Origin: Dehalococcoidia bacterium | Lineage (GTDB): Bacteria; Chloroflexota; Dehalococcoidia; UBA2979 | NCBI GenBank assembly: GCA_965262725.1 | Contig: OZ253555.1 | Location: forward strand, 3,328,001 to 3,392,000 | Reading direction: 5' to 3' | DNA: 64,000 nt | Part shown: positions 41,671-53,779 of the stretch, piece by piece | How positions within the stretch are numbered: position 1 is the stretch's first letter | How the letters are laid out: every line of letters begins with the position of its first letter | Position numbers and translations under genes: made by a program | The notes under the pieces: generated by a model | Told to the model about the DNA's origin: nothing | The model's database searches: none | What the model saw: only the letters and a program-made list of their open reading frames with translations

Positions 41671-44600
41671 CCGTGACGCTGACGGTCGCGGTGTCCGCGA
41701 GCCTCAGCGCACCGTTGTCGGTGACGGTGAGGGTCAGGGTGATGCTCTGCTCAGCGTTGGTCTTCGCAGGCGCGGTCCACGTCGTGTCGAGGACAGCAGC
41801 GTTCGCGAAACGTCCCCCTCCATCGCTGGCCCATGCGTAGGTCAGGCGGTCGCCCTCGGGGTCCGTCGCGGTGCCATCCAGGCTCACCGAGCCGCCACCG
41901 TTGACCGTGGTGGACAGAGGGGACGCCGAGACCTGCGGGGCCCGGTTGGCTCGCACGGTGAACCGGACCGTGTCGGTGGAGGAGGCGTTGACCTCATCGG
42001 TGACCGTCAGGGTGAGGGTGATGTCCTGGGCCGCGCCGGTGGCGGCCGGCGCCGTCCACGTCGTGCTCAGCGCGGAGCCATCAGCGAACGTGCCCCTGCC
42101 CGAACTGGTCCAAGCGTAGCTCAGGCTATCGAGATCGGGGTCACTCGCGGTCGCGATGAGCATGACGGCGCCGCGTCCGTTCACGGTGGCCGGCGCGCTC
42201 GCGATCGAGGCGGTTGGTGGCTCGTTGGCCCGCACCGCGACGCTGACCGTCGCCGTGTCCACCAGCCTCCCCGCGCCGTTGTCCGTGACGGTGAGGGTCA
42301 GGACGATGCTCTGGAGGGCGTTGGTCTTTGCGGGCGCGGTCCACGTCGTGTCGAGGGCGGCGGCGTTCACGAAGCGGCCCCCGCCGTTGCTGGTCCAGTC
42401 GTAGGTCAGGCGGTCGCCCTCGGGATCGGTCACCGTGCCGTCGAGCGTGACCGAACCTCCGCCATCGACCGTCGTGTTGACCGGAGTGACCGAGACCTGC
42501 GGAGCCTGGTTCGCACGCACTTCGACCTGGAGCGTGTCGGTGGCGGACGCGTCGCCGGCATCGGTGACCATGAGCGTCAGCGTGATGTCCTGCGTGTCGG
42601 CGGTGGCGGCGGGCGCGGTCCAGGTCGTGCTCAGGGCCGAGGCGGCCGTGAAGGTGCCCCCGCCCGAGCTGGTCCACTCGTGGGTCAGGTCATCCATCTC
42701 CGGGTCGTTCGCCGTGGCGGTGAGCATCACGGCGCCGCGTCCGTTCACGGTGGCAGGGGCCGTCGCGATCGAGGCGGTCGGCGCCTGGTTGGGCCGCACC
42801 GTGACCCGGACGGTCACGGTGCCGGTGAGGGTTCCGGCGCCGTCGTCGGTGACGGTGAGGATCAGGACGATGTGCTGGGCGACGTTGGTCTTCGCCGGCG
42901 CGGTCCAGGTGGTGTCGAGGGCGTTCGCATGCGCGAAGGTGCCCCCGCCCGAGCTCGTCCACCTATAGGTCAGGGCGTCCGACTCCGCGTCGGTTGCCGT
43001 CCCGTCCAGGGTGACGGTCCCCCCCGCGTCGACGATGGCGGGCGTCGCGCTGACGCTCGCGGTTGGCGCGGTGTTCGTCGCGGATGCGCTCACCGTCACC
43101 ATCACGGGCGCGCTGCGGGTCGCTTCCCCACCGTCGACGACCGCAGCCACCTGGTAGGTGTAGGTGCCGGCGCCCAGGCCGGAGTCCGCGTAGTCGAGCG
43201 CGTCGAGGTCCTCGGCTTCGGCGACGCCGTCGCGATGGACCGTGTAGGTGACATCCGGCCGCGGGGACCAGGAGCCTGCGTCCACGGCAGCCCAGGTCAC
43301 GATCACCTGTTCCCTGCCAGCCTCGGTCGTCACCGTCGGACCGGCGCGAAGCTGGTGGCCGAACTCCTGCCAGGTCTTGTCGCCGTCGCCGTCGAAGTCG
43401 ACCGCCAGGGCCGGGTACTGCGAGGAGGTTCCAAAGTCCCAGGGGTCGTCGGCCCGGCGGTCGCCATCGACATCCAGGTTCCAGGTCCCGTAGATCCCGC
43501 TGTAGCCCCTCGGCGCTTGCAACGCGGCCGTGGACCGCCCCCCTGTGATGCCGGAGGTCGTCGAATCCCAGTAGCTCGCGTTGATCTCGTTATCGCCGGA
43601 CCGCTCGTCCTCCCCGACCAGGCCCCCCACGTTGCGGTCGAAGCTGCTAGTTTTCGCTGATGTCGATGCCGGGCCGGTCGAGTAGCTGGCGGTGATGACT
43701 CCGGCGTTGGTACCGACGAGCCCGCCGACATCATCGCTTCCCGAAACGCGGCCCGTGGCATAGCTGGCGTAGATTCCCGAACCCCGGTCGTTTCTCCCAA
43801 CCAGCCCGCCCCCGCCCACCGCGGCCCCCGCCACCGCCCCCGTCGCATAGCTGGCGCTGATGGTTCCGCCACCGTTCCAACCAACGAGTCCACCCGAGGG
43901 GTAGCCCGAGACTCTGCCGGTCGCGTAGCTGAAGGTGATGGGGCCGCCGTTCGCCCCAACCAGGCCTCCGACCCCCGGGAACACGAACGACACATCCGGG
44001 TCGTCGAAGTTCCCCTCGTACGTGACCGTCGCGAAGCTGCTACTGCGGGTGATGCTCCCCGAGTAGTTGTCTCCCACCAGTCCACCGACCGCGTCGTCAC
44101 CCCGCACCCTGCCTGACGTGTGGCTGCCGACCACGGAGCCGTAGTTGATGCCGACCAGCCCGCCGACGGCATCGTTTCCCGTCACGTCCACGTCGGTGAC
44201 GTTGAGGTTGCGGATGACACCTCCCAGCGCACCGAACAGGCCTGTGTACGACTCCGACTTTCTCGAGATAAAGAGGTTGGCAATGGTGTGACCATTCCCG
44301 TCGAAGGTCGCCCTGAAGGAGCCGAACGTGAGGAATCTGGATGCGCCGAGTGGCAGCCAGCCGGCGCCATCGTTCCAGTACGTGTCTCCGGCGTCGGCTG
44401 CGCCGCTCCCGTCGGTATCGAAATCCAGGTCCGCCATGAGCTCATACCCCTGGCATCCCTCAGAGCCGCAACCCAGGTAGTCGATGGCATCGGGGAACGC
44501 GAGGGCGTGCAGCGCCGCGTCGGCCGGGACAGACTGCCCGCTCAGGTTGTGACGCACCGCATCCAGCTGGGCCAGCGTCCGAATCTCGATCAGCCCATCC

Positions 44601-47600
44601 CCATCGGGGTCGTAGTCCCTGCCCACGGTCACGGTGAAGCGCTGCGTTGCGCTCGGGTTGGACGAGACGGTGTCGGTGGCGGTGACCGTGATGATCGACC
44701 GGCCTGCGGTGCCGGGCGTGATCGTGACCATCGAGCCCGACACGCTCACGGTGGCGACCGAGGTCTGTGACGAAGCGGCCGCGTAGGTCAGTGCGTCGCT
44801 GTCCGTGAACGAACGCGCGACGTCCACCATCACCCCGTCGGCGGCCACGAGGAGCGTGAGATCCGCCAGCGTTCCCACCGGCAGCGGCGGTTGATTCGCC
44901 GCGCCCGCGGTCACGGGAGCCGGTGCGCTGCGCACGACTTCGCCGCCGTCGATCACCGCAGCCAGCTGGTACGTGTAACGGATCCCCGTCGCCACCCCCG
45001 TGTCGGTGTACGTGGTGCCGCTCAGCGCATCAGCAAGGGCCGTGACAGTGGCGCCGTTGTCGCGGTAGAGCGTGTAGGTGACCGTTGGCGGCGGGCTCCA
45101 CTGACTCACGCTCGGCGCGGTCCAGCTCAGGGCAACCTGGGCCTGACCTCCCACCGTCGTCGCCGTCAGTGGGAGTGCCGCCCGGAACTGGTAGCCGAAC
45201 TCCTGCCAAGTCTGCCTGTTGTCGCCGCTCAGGTCCACCGAGAGGGCCGGGTACTGCATCGCCGTGCCGAAGTCCCACGGGTCGTCGGGCACGCGGTCGC
45301 CGAAGTCCCCGCCGAAGTCGACGTTCCACGAGCGGTAGATGCCGGTGTAGCCCGTCGGCGCCTGCAGCGCAGCAGTGGCCAGACCCATGGTCCCGACCCT
45401 GCGCAGCTCGTCGCCGTCGATCGCGCCATTGTCGCTCGCGTCGTCCTCGCCGACCCCAACGCGCAGCCCGGAGACCTCCACATCCCAGTAGCTCGGCGGG
45501 GAGAACCTGACTGTGCGGCCCGAGCCGACGAGCCCGCCGACGGCCGTCGTACCGGAGACTATCCCGGTCGCGTAGCTGGCCTCGATGATGCCGCACGAGT
45601 GCCCGGCGAGCCCGCCGACGCCTCCACCGGTGCTGGTCGAGGCCGGGGCGAGGCCAAGGTACCCGCAGACAATGAATCCCGAAGCCGAGGACGAGAGGCG
45701 AGCTCCCACGCCGGAGACGGGTCCCGTGGCGTAACTCGCCTCGATCAGCTGCTGGAAGTCGCTCGTGGCCCCGACCAGGCCGCCAACGGCATTCGTGCCG
45801 GACACACGCCCGGTGGCGTAGCTCGCCGTGATCCTGTTGAGGATGTGATGCCCGACCAACCCTCCAACGGCCTCGTCGCCGGATACGCGGACGGCGGCGT
45901 AGCTGTTGATCACGTTGCCCGAAGACTCGCCTACGAGGCCGCCTACCCGGTCGCCACCCGCCACGCCGCCCGTGGCATGGCTGCCTACCACCGTCAAGTA
46001 GGTCGAACGCCCGATCAGGGCGCCGACGGCATCCTTCCCCGTCACGTCGACGTTGGCGAGACCGACACCACGAACGAGCGCATTGCCGTCACGGTGGACT
46101 TCGCCGAAGAGCCCGATCCCGTCCTCCGTTGGGCGGTTGATGAAGAGGTTGCTCAGCGTGTGTCCGTGGCCCTCGAATGTCGCGGTAAAGAGCTCGTCTT
46201 CGCTGCCTATCGGTGACCAGCCGGCGCCGTCGTTCCAGTAGGTGTCGCCCGCTACGCTGGTCGCCCCACTGCCGTCGGTGTCAAAATCCAGATCCGCGGA
46301 CAGCTCGTAGCCGGTGCAGCCGTCGGGACACCCCATCTCCAGCGCGCTCATGGCGAACGCCCCCGCGGCGTAGTACGGGCGCCACGTCGCGCCATCGACG
46401 ATGCCGTCTCCGTTCAGGTCGTATCGCATGGCGTCGAGCTGGGCCAGGTTGGAAACCTCGATGAGGCCGTCGTTGTCCGCGTCGTAATCCCTGCTGCCCG
46501 CCGTGACGGTGACCGTGAAGCTGGCCGTCGCGGCCAGGCCCTTGAGGTCGGTCGCGCGGACCCTGACCGCACTGCGGCCCGGGGACCCCGGCGTCAGCGT
46601 CAGCTGGGTTCCGCTCAGCGTCGCCGTCAGCCGGTCTGGATCGCTCGACACCACCGTGTAGGTCAGCGTGTCCGTTGCCGCATCGGTGAAGGTACTCGCC
46701 AGATCAACGGTGACCGCGTCCGAGCCCGGGGCCAGCGTTCGGTCGACGAGCGTGGTCGTCACGGTGGGGGCCCGGTTGCGGCTCGCTGCGGCAACGGCGA
46801 GCCCATCGACCGCACCCGGCGCCATCACGATTCCGGCGCCGCTGTCCCGGTCGGTCCCGTCCGCCTCGATGTCCACAACCGCGGTCGTCGCCGTCATCGC
46901 CGTGCGGAGCTCCGCAAGGGTCACCTCCTTCGGACCCCCGGCAGCCTCGACCATCAGGGCCGCGATGGCCGCCGCGTGCGGCGCCGCAGCCGATGTGCCG
47001 CAGAACGTCGAGAAGCCGGGCGTCGCGGTCGACACACACGCGGCGGCGGCGAGGTCAGGCTTCTGCACCACCCGCCCGCCGGTCGAGGAGAAATTGCCCG
47101 CCGTGATCGGCGTACCGTCCGGCTCGAAGAAGAGCCGGCTCGGTCCGTCCGAGCTGGTCGTCCTGACAGACTCCGTTCCGTCGAAGACACCGCCGGCGCC
47201 GCCCGCGGTGCGCACATCAACCTGCCCGACGCCAATCGCGTTCTGCGCCGCTGGGTGCCCATACGTGTTGCCCGCGGTCGCAATCTCCAGCTGCCTCTCG
47301 AATGTCTGGAGGCGGAGATAGCGGTCCGCGCCGGAGACCTTCACGATGACCAGCCGCGCGTCGCTGTACGGGAAGATTCCCGAAGATATGGTCTCGATTG
47401 GATCCTGGGTGCCGTCCTGCGTGTCCGTAGAACTCGCACGTACGTTGCCGTCGCCATCAACCAGGAACAGGTCGTAGTCGTTTGCGGACGCCCCGAGAGG
47501 GTCGGCCCACTGCAGAACGACGGTGCCGGAGAACGACCTCACGACAGGGTTCTCCTCCTTGCCGCTACCGAAGTCGTGGCGGACGCCGACCGTCTCGCCT

Positions 47601-50059
47601 TCCACGGTCAGTGAACTCCCCGCCGCGTAGTCGCCCTCCCAGACCCCGGACGTGCTGTCGTTCAGATTCCCGTCATTGCCGGCCGCCGAGAAGAAGTAGC
47701 ACCCATCGGCCACCGCCGCGTTTACTCCCTGAGCGACGATGCCGTCCTGAAAAGCGGCTTCCACGAAGTAGCCGGTATCGTCGACGATCACATTGGCGCC
47801 GGCGTCGCACAGCGCCTCGATGTTCGCCGCCAATTGCGCCTGCCCACCGAACCCTGTCGCGAAGTACAGGTCCGCGCCCGGGGCGAGGTCGTGGACGATC
47901 TCGAGCATCGCCGTTCCCTCGTCGCCCGATCCCTCCCGACCCGGCAGCACGATGACCTGGGCCGGAACGTCGCCTGACGCCTGGCGGGCGGCGAGCGTCT
48001 CGACCCCACTCGAGATCACGCCGATACCGATGCCAGCGCCGGTGACGCTGTGCGTCGTGCGCGCCGCGCGCGCCCGGTGGGCGGTGTCGCCCTCGGACGT
48101 GTTGGTCTTGCGCGTGACGGCTTCGTCGGCCGGGCGGATCGAGTCGACTGCCTCGAGGCTGGCGAGTGACTCCACGGTCACGAGTGGGAGTACCGCCCGG
48201 ATCGCCCGGTACTGCGGGACGCTGTTGATCACCGTGCCGCCCAGTGCGCGGATGCGCGCCAGGACGGCGGGTGTCACGTCTGCGCGGATGTCGACCGTCA
48301 CCAGCTCGGACCGGTCCACCGTTCCCGTGGGTTCCAGCTGCTGACCGGCTGGCCGAGACGGTACCTGTGACTGAATCCCCCCGCCTCCTGCATCACGGGC
48401 CGAGTTGCCCGACGGCGGTTGCCGCACCGGCTCTTCGTCCTCCAGGGGGGGTTGCGCAGCTCCTGCCTCGCCCAGGAACTGCGAACTCACCTTCCGCTGT
48501 GCGGCGTTCCGCCGGGCCTTCGCGGCCAGCAGCGCCCCGATCTGTTGCGTGGCTGTCGCTGAAAGGGACGCACTGCCTTCCGCTGTCGAACCACGCACGC
48601 TGGGTGTGGCGGTGGAGTCATTCCCGAGGACCCGGCCGCTGAACGAGGCTGCGTCATTGCCCGCGCGATCCTGAATGGCAGCCTCGTCGTTCCCGCTTGA
48701 GGGATCGGCGTAGCTCACTGAGACCGCCTGTCCCTGCCGGATCGCCGGAACTAGGCTGACCAGGAAGACAGACTGCGGATGGCCGGGGATCACCTGGACG
48801 CCCCCCACCGCGATCGAGACGCCATCGGCCGTCACGCTGAAGGCGCTTACCGTCGGTCGCTTGCCTGCGCCGAGGTCGAGTGGTTCGTTGAACTGCAGTT
48901 CCAGAGTGTCGCCGGTGGCGCCCACTGCACCGGAGGCCAGGCGCGGGGGAGTGCGGTCGTCGGTGGTTGCGCTGGCGACGTTCGAGGGAGCCCCCGTGCC
49001 AGCCGAGTTGATGGCCGAGACCCGGTAGTGCCACCTCGCTCCGGGCACAAGGTCGGTGTGGGCGTGCGCCGTGGCGGTGCGTTCCGTATTGGCAGCCAGG
49101 TCGGCCCAGCTCGTCCCGCCGTCGGCGGATACTTCGATCCGGTAGCCGAGGAGCGAGGAGGCGTCGGCGCCTTCCGGCTCTGTCCACGACAGGACGACCA
49201 GCGTCTCGCCAGCAGCCACGGCCGTGAGGTCCCTCGGCGGATCCGGTAGTGCGGGCGTTGGATCGGGAGCGGCTGGGAGGACAGCGTCGAAGAAGCTGCT
49301 GCGCTCGCTCAGACCGACACTGTTGCGGGCCGTGACCCGGTAGACGTAGCTGGTTCCGGCCTCGACCAGGGTGTCCACGTACAACGTGGCCGAGCTGTTG
49401 GTGTCGTCGACATGGACGATGAACTCGCCGGGTTCGTGGATGCCAGGCTGGCGGCGCAGGACCTGGTAACTGGTGATCGATGGGTCCGCCGGGTCGTCCC
49501 AGGAGAGAGAGACGGACTCGTGGGTGAAGGTTCCGGTGAGACCGGTGGGCCTCGCCGGCAGTCCGGGCGTGGGAGGGGCTGGGAGGACGGCGTTGAAGAA
49601 GCTGCTGCGCTCACTCAGCCCGAAGCTGTTGCGTGCCTTGACCCGGTAGACGTAGCGGGCTTCGGCCTCGACCACGGTGTCCACGTAAGACGTAGCCGAG
49701 CTGTTGGCGTCGTCGACGTGGACGATGAACTCGCCAGGGTCGTGGACGCCGACCTGGCGGCGCAGGATCTGGTAGCTGGTGATCGATGGGTCCCCTGGGT
49801 CGTCCCAGGAGAGGGAGACGGACTCGTGGGTGAAGGTTCCGGTGAGACCGGTGGGCATCGCCGGCGGCCCGGACTGTGGAACCTGCGCGTCCACGGGGCC
49901 GCTCATCCCCCAGACCGCCCCCGCGATCAAGAACGCGACGACCGCCAGGAGGATGAGGCGACTCACGGGTGGCCAAACCGCGAGGGGCAATCGCCTGACG
50001 ACGCGTGAAGGAGCCAGGCTACCCATCGAATTCGGTGCCCTGCGAGAGCTCGCTCAGCG

Positions 50060-50408
50060 TCAGCGAAGGTCTTGTCGGCGGCCGGGTAGGCATTGCCCCG
50101 GTCGGTCTCGTTGTCCTCAGTCCATGAGAGATGGTCGGACTCAACCGGAGCCCAGCTCATGCGGTAGTCGGAGGGCGCCGGGCTGGGCGCGTTCCAGGAG
50201 ACAACGAGGGTTCCGGGGAATCGGTGGTCAGCGTCAGGCCGCTGATGGCGCCATCGGCTTGCTGAGCCTGCGCAACCGCGAAGACGCCCAGGAAGGTCAC
50301 AACGGCCAGCAGCAGAACCGCCAGCGTCGGGGCGGGGAGTGGCCAGGACCTGCTCGGGCGCACCCCAATGTCAGCTGCTCGGTGGAGCTGGCCGGAGGCC
50401 TTCTTCAC
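50060..50408 (-). pseudogene. orphan N-terminal module (signal peptide plus FN3 start), frameshifted
   Basis: AQAQQADGAISGLTLTTDSP/GTLVVSWNAPSPAPSDYRMSW, homologous to the protein A N-terminus; 1-nt loss near 50216. Confidence 0.75.
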
Positions 50409-50542
50409 AGATTACGTTCCGCGAGGATCCGCGAGGATCGCTGTCCGAGCACGGCAAGCCGGAAGGGTGTGGGCGGCGTTGGAACCCAGGAGGTCATGAC
50501 CGAGCCTGTAGGGCCCAATGACCCCGGGTTCAACACAGGCCA

Positions 50543-50681
50543 CTCCATCCACGCAAGGCACGTCGCTGTCCCGCCTGTTCGACTCCATGGGCTGCCGTGA
50601 AAGGAATTCTAGCGAGAGGATGTGTAACCAGAGATCAACGGGAGACAGCTAAAGTTGAAACTTCGGTACAATCCGCCTGGA
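50543..50681. promoter_or_regulatory. duplicated promoter/leader copy 2 (uninterrupted)
   Basis: matches 29853-29963 plus 33534-33561; TACAAT at 50667-50672. Confidence 0.65.
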
Positions 50682-50778
50682 TCCGCTGCCGGGCGACCCG
50701 TATCGCGACGGCGCGTGCTGCTCAGGGCGGGGCTACGCCCGCCGGCATCCACCATCCGGGCTCCGAACGAGGTGGGAC

Positions 50779-51285
50779 ATGACCCAGTTCAGCGACCTAG
50801 AGCGCGAGAACCGGGCCCTCCGTGAGCGCCTCTCGCGTCTCAGCGAGGCCAGCCTCCGCATCAACGAGAGCCTCGAGTTCGACACCGTCCTGCAGGAGGT
50901 GCTGGACAGCGCGCGCGTGCTCAGCGGCGCCAGCTACGGCGTCATCACCCTCTTCAACGACTCGGGAGCGGTCGCCGCGTTCCTCGCTTCCGGTATCACG
51001 CCGGAGGAGGCGGAGAGCGTCTGGGCGATGGCTCACGGACCGCAGTTCCTGGAGCACCTCCGCAGCTTGTCGGTGCCCGTGCGCACCGCCGTTTGACCAG
51101 CTAAGCCCACTCCATAGGCCTGGCCGATTTCAGCCCGCTGGCGGGCGCGGGCGCCTTCATGTCGGACCCCATCCGGCACCGGCCGGGGTCTCGGCGCCAT
51201 CTGCCTCCCGAAGAAGGAACCCGATCCCGAGTTCAGCCGCGAGGACGAAGAGACGCTCGTGACCTTCGCCTCCCAGGCCGCCCGC
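50779..51285 (+). pseudogene. GAF-domain sensor/regulator N-terminal fragment
   Basis: LSRLSEASLRINESLEFDTVLQEV..., then after frameshifts EFSREDEETLVTFASQAA. Confidence 0.75.
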
Positions 51286-51441
51286 GGTCACTTCACTGAC
51301 GCCCTCCCGCAGCCACTCGGCGACCACGAGGTCGAGCAGCGCCACCTGCCTCTTGACCCGCCACCAATTCCGTCCCGGTCTGAGCCGCGAAGAGCCGCTG
51401 GTCCGGCCTGGGGCCCCGTACCACTGCGGTGGCTACCGGCC

Positions 51442-52329
51442 TCAGCGATCGCCGTGCCCCTCGCTCTTCGCGACCAGGGGCGTCATGAGTGGCAGACCGT
51501 CGGCGAACAGGTTACGGAAGGGCTGGGTCACGAAGTCCGGCGCGCCGAGGATGTAGGAGACGAACTCACCCTCGCTCAGTGTGTACAGGGCGGTGACGTC
51601 CATGCTCTCCGCGCAGACGACCAACTCCTCAACACTGCCGCCCTCGTAGACGACGAGGCTGAAGCCCTCGGCGACGGCGCCGCGCACGCACTCCGGCCAC
51701 GACTGCTGCCCACCGTCGTCCAGGTCATCCCCGAACGGGTCCGCCGAGGGCGGCCCGTTGCTCCCGGCCACCAGCGGCGTGATGGGCGGCAGGCTATCGG
51801 GGAACAGCTCCACGAACCCCGCGTTCACGAAGTCCGGCGCGCCGAGGATGTACGAGACGTAGACACCGCCGTGCAGGGCGTAGAGGGACACGATGCCCCG
51901 GCTCTCCGCGCAGGTGACCAGCTCCTCGACGCTGCCCCCCTCGTAGACGACGAGGCTCAACCCCTCGGAGACCGCTCCGCGCAGGCAGTGCGGCCAGGGA
52001 TCGCGGGCCGGATCCCACCCTGTCTCGGGGAACCACACGCGGTAGGTCTTGCTCCGGCTGCCGTCTTGCGAGGTGACGATGACCGTGATCTCGCCGAGGT
52101 CCCGGAGGGCTACCGGGTGGCCGTTCGCGTCGTCGCCGTCGGCATCGGGCGGGTCGATGGCGACATCCGTGCAGGGCTGCATCGCCTCGGCCTCGACGGG
52201 CGTCTCCGTCAGGCCCTCGTCCGGGGTTCCCTTGTAGTCGGTCCGGCCGGGGTCGAACTCCCCGATGTCTACGCCGCTGAGCGTGAGTGAAGCGAGACGC
52301 GCGGCGATCGCCTCCGGCATGTTGTAGCT
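51442..52329 (-). pseudogene. orphan C-terminal module (cadherin-like sandwich plus tandem domain)
   Basis: starts at SYNMPEAIAARLASL; highly similar to 20672-21560 and 33668-34555. Confidence 0.8.
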
Positions 52330-52343
52330 GTGCTTATTGCCGG

Positions 52344-53099
52344 CTACTGGCCGGGCCCGCTGACGATGAACTCCAGCGGGCTGGACAGCATCCTCTTGTC
52401 ATCGGTGCAGATGGCCCCCTGCGCGTCGCAGTCCTCGGTGACGGGCAGCTCGACGGTGACATCGCCGTTGGAGTCCGGTTTGACGACGATCTCCCAGCCG
52501 ATGTTGCTGGGCGGGTTCAAGCGGCGCGCGCCTGTTACCGAGCCCCCCGTCACCGTGAACGCATGGCCGCGCATCGTGGTGTAGCTGAAGCCCGATTTGG
52601 GCTCCTCGCTGAGAGCGATCCTGATTCTGAATTCGTCGCTGCCGTTGTGGGACGCTGGGACGCTTTCGAGACTTGCCGTCAGCGGAGGCCCCTTGACGAT
52701 GAATTTCAGCGGGCTGGACAGCATCGTCCCGTCATCGGTGCAGATGGCGCCCTGCGCCTCGCAGTCCGTGGTGACTGGCAGCTCGACGGTGACGTCCGCG
52801 TTGGAGTCCGGGCTGACGCTGATCTCCCACCGGATGTTGGGGGTGTCGCTGTCCCTGTTCAGCTGCCGGGCCCCCGCCACCTTGCCTCTCGTCACCGTGA
52901 ACGCATGGTCCCGCAGCGTCTGGTAGCTGAGCGAGAACTCCTCGCTGAACCGCAGTTCGAATTTGAACGCGGCCTGCCCGTTGTGCGACTCAGGCTTGTC
53001 GTGGATGGCGGCCGTCAGCGGCGTCTCCGCAGGCTCCTGCGCCTCCTGCGCCTCCTGCGCCTCTTGCTTCTCCGTCGACCCCAGAGACGTCTTCGGCTG
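52344..53099 (-). pseudogene. 3' end of a secreted-protein gene with two ~103-aa GAICT domains, cut by the intron
   Basis: two repeats SHNG..F.....SEE...SY.T.R.HAFTVT...WEI.V.P...DC.AQGAICTDD..MLSSPL. Confidence 0.7.
53034..53067. repeat. 9-bp tandem repeat CTCCTGCGC (QEA linker)
   Basis: three perfect copies and one partial copy. Confidence 0.8.
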
Positions 53100-53687
53100 T
53101 TCGCGGTAGGGATGCCGGTTGCCCGGCACCCCCCGCACAGATCCGGACGTGCCCTCTCGGGCATCCGGCTCCTACCTCAAGTGCGTGACGGCGAATCGCT
53201 CCGCAGGCCACGGGTGAAGGATGGAGATTCGGGGCCAGTGTTCCTGGCACAGGGCAAGGATGCGCTCCCACGTGAAACGGTCGCGCTGCGACCGCCGTCG
53301 GAGAACGCGCAGCCAGAGCCGCTTCACGAAACGAACAAACCGCGTGAGCGCCGGCGAGCTGGTCGGCACCGCGTAGTAGCCAAGCCACCCACGCAGTACC
53401 CGCCCCAGCCACTGCCCCGTCGTCACGGGGTTGTCGTGCATGCGCCGCCACAACTCGGCCTTGATGGCCTTCAGCGTCCGGCGCATCCGCTTCGCAACGG
53501 GCTTGCGCCCCAGCCCGAATCTCCCGTCACGTCGGGTCCGGCAGTAGTGCGTCATGCCGAGAAAGTCGAACGTTTCCGGTCGGCCCTCCCCGCGCTTCCG
53601 CCTGTTCGCCAGCGCGAACCTGCCGAACTCAAGTAGACGGGTCTTCTCCGGGTGCAGCTCCAGCCCGTAGGCCGCGAACCGCTCCCG
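53100..53687 (-). mobile_element. truncated second copy of the group II intron (3' 588 nt)
   Basis: near-identical to 31602-32189; cut by IS21. Confidence 0.92.
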
Positions 53688-53779
53688 TGGGAATGATGCT
53701 CTGAATTGGCCCCACCCCCGACCCATCCAGGACCTACGCTCGGGTGACTGCATGACTCCCGGAGCGAGGGAAGAGGAGT

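Larger units (their letters stand above)
38540..43080 (-). repeat. 11 tandem ~95-aa PKD/Ig-like repeats
   Basis: NxxP...LDGTATDP..LTYxWxSxGGGxF...LDTTWTAP...LTLTVTD, 5 before and 6 after the IS. Confidence 0.85.
36835..50026 (-). pseudogene. giant secreted protein B (~3920 codons reconstructed): signal, 3 FN3, SwmB-like domain, S53-like subtilase, 2 GLUG-like modules, 11 PKD/Ig-like repeats, WSDG repeats, tandem C-terminal domain
   Basis: removing the IS256 and one TSD copy rejoins TATVSVT|VRANQAP in frame; DEGTAMLEIVHDLAPGA, SAAGNDG, GTSAAAPH. Confidence 0.88.
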
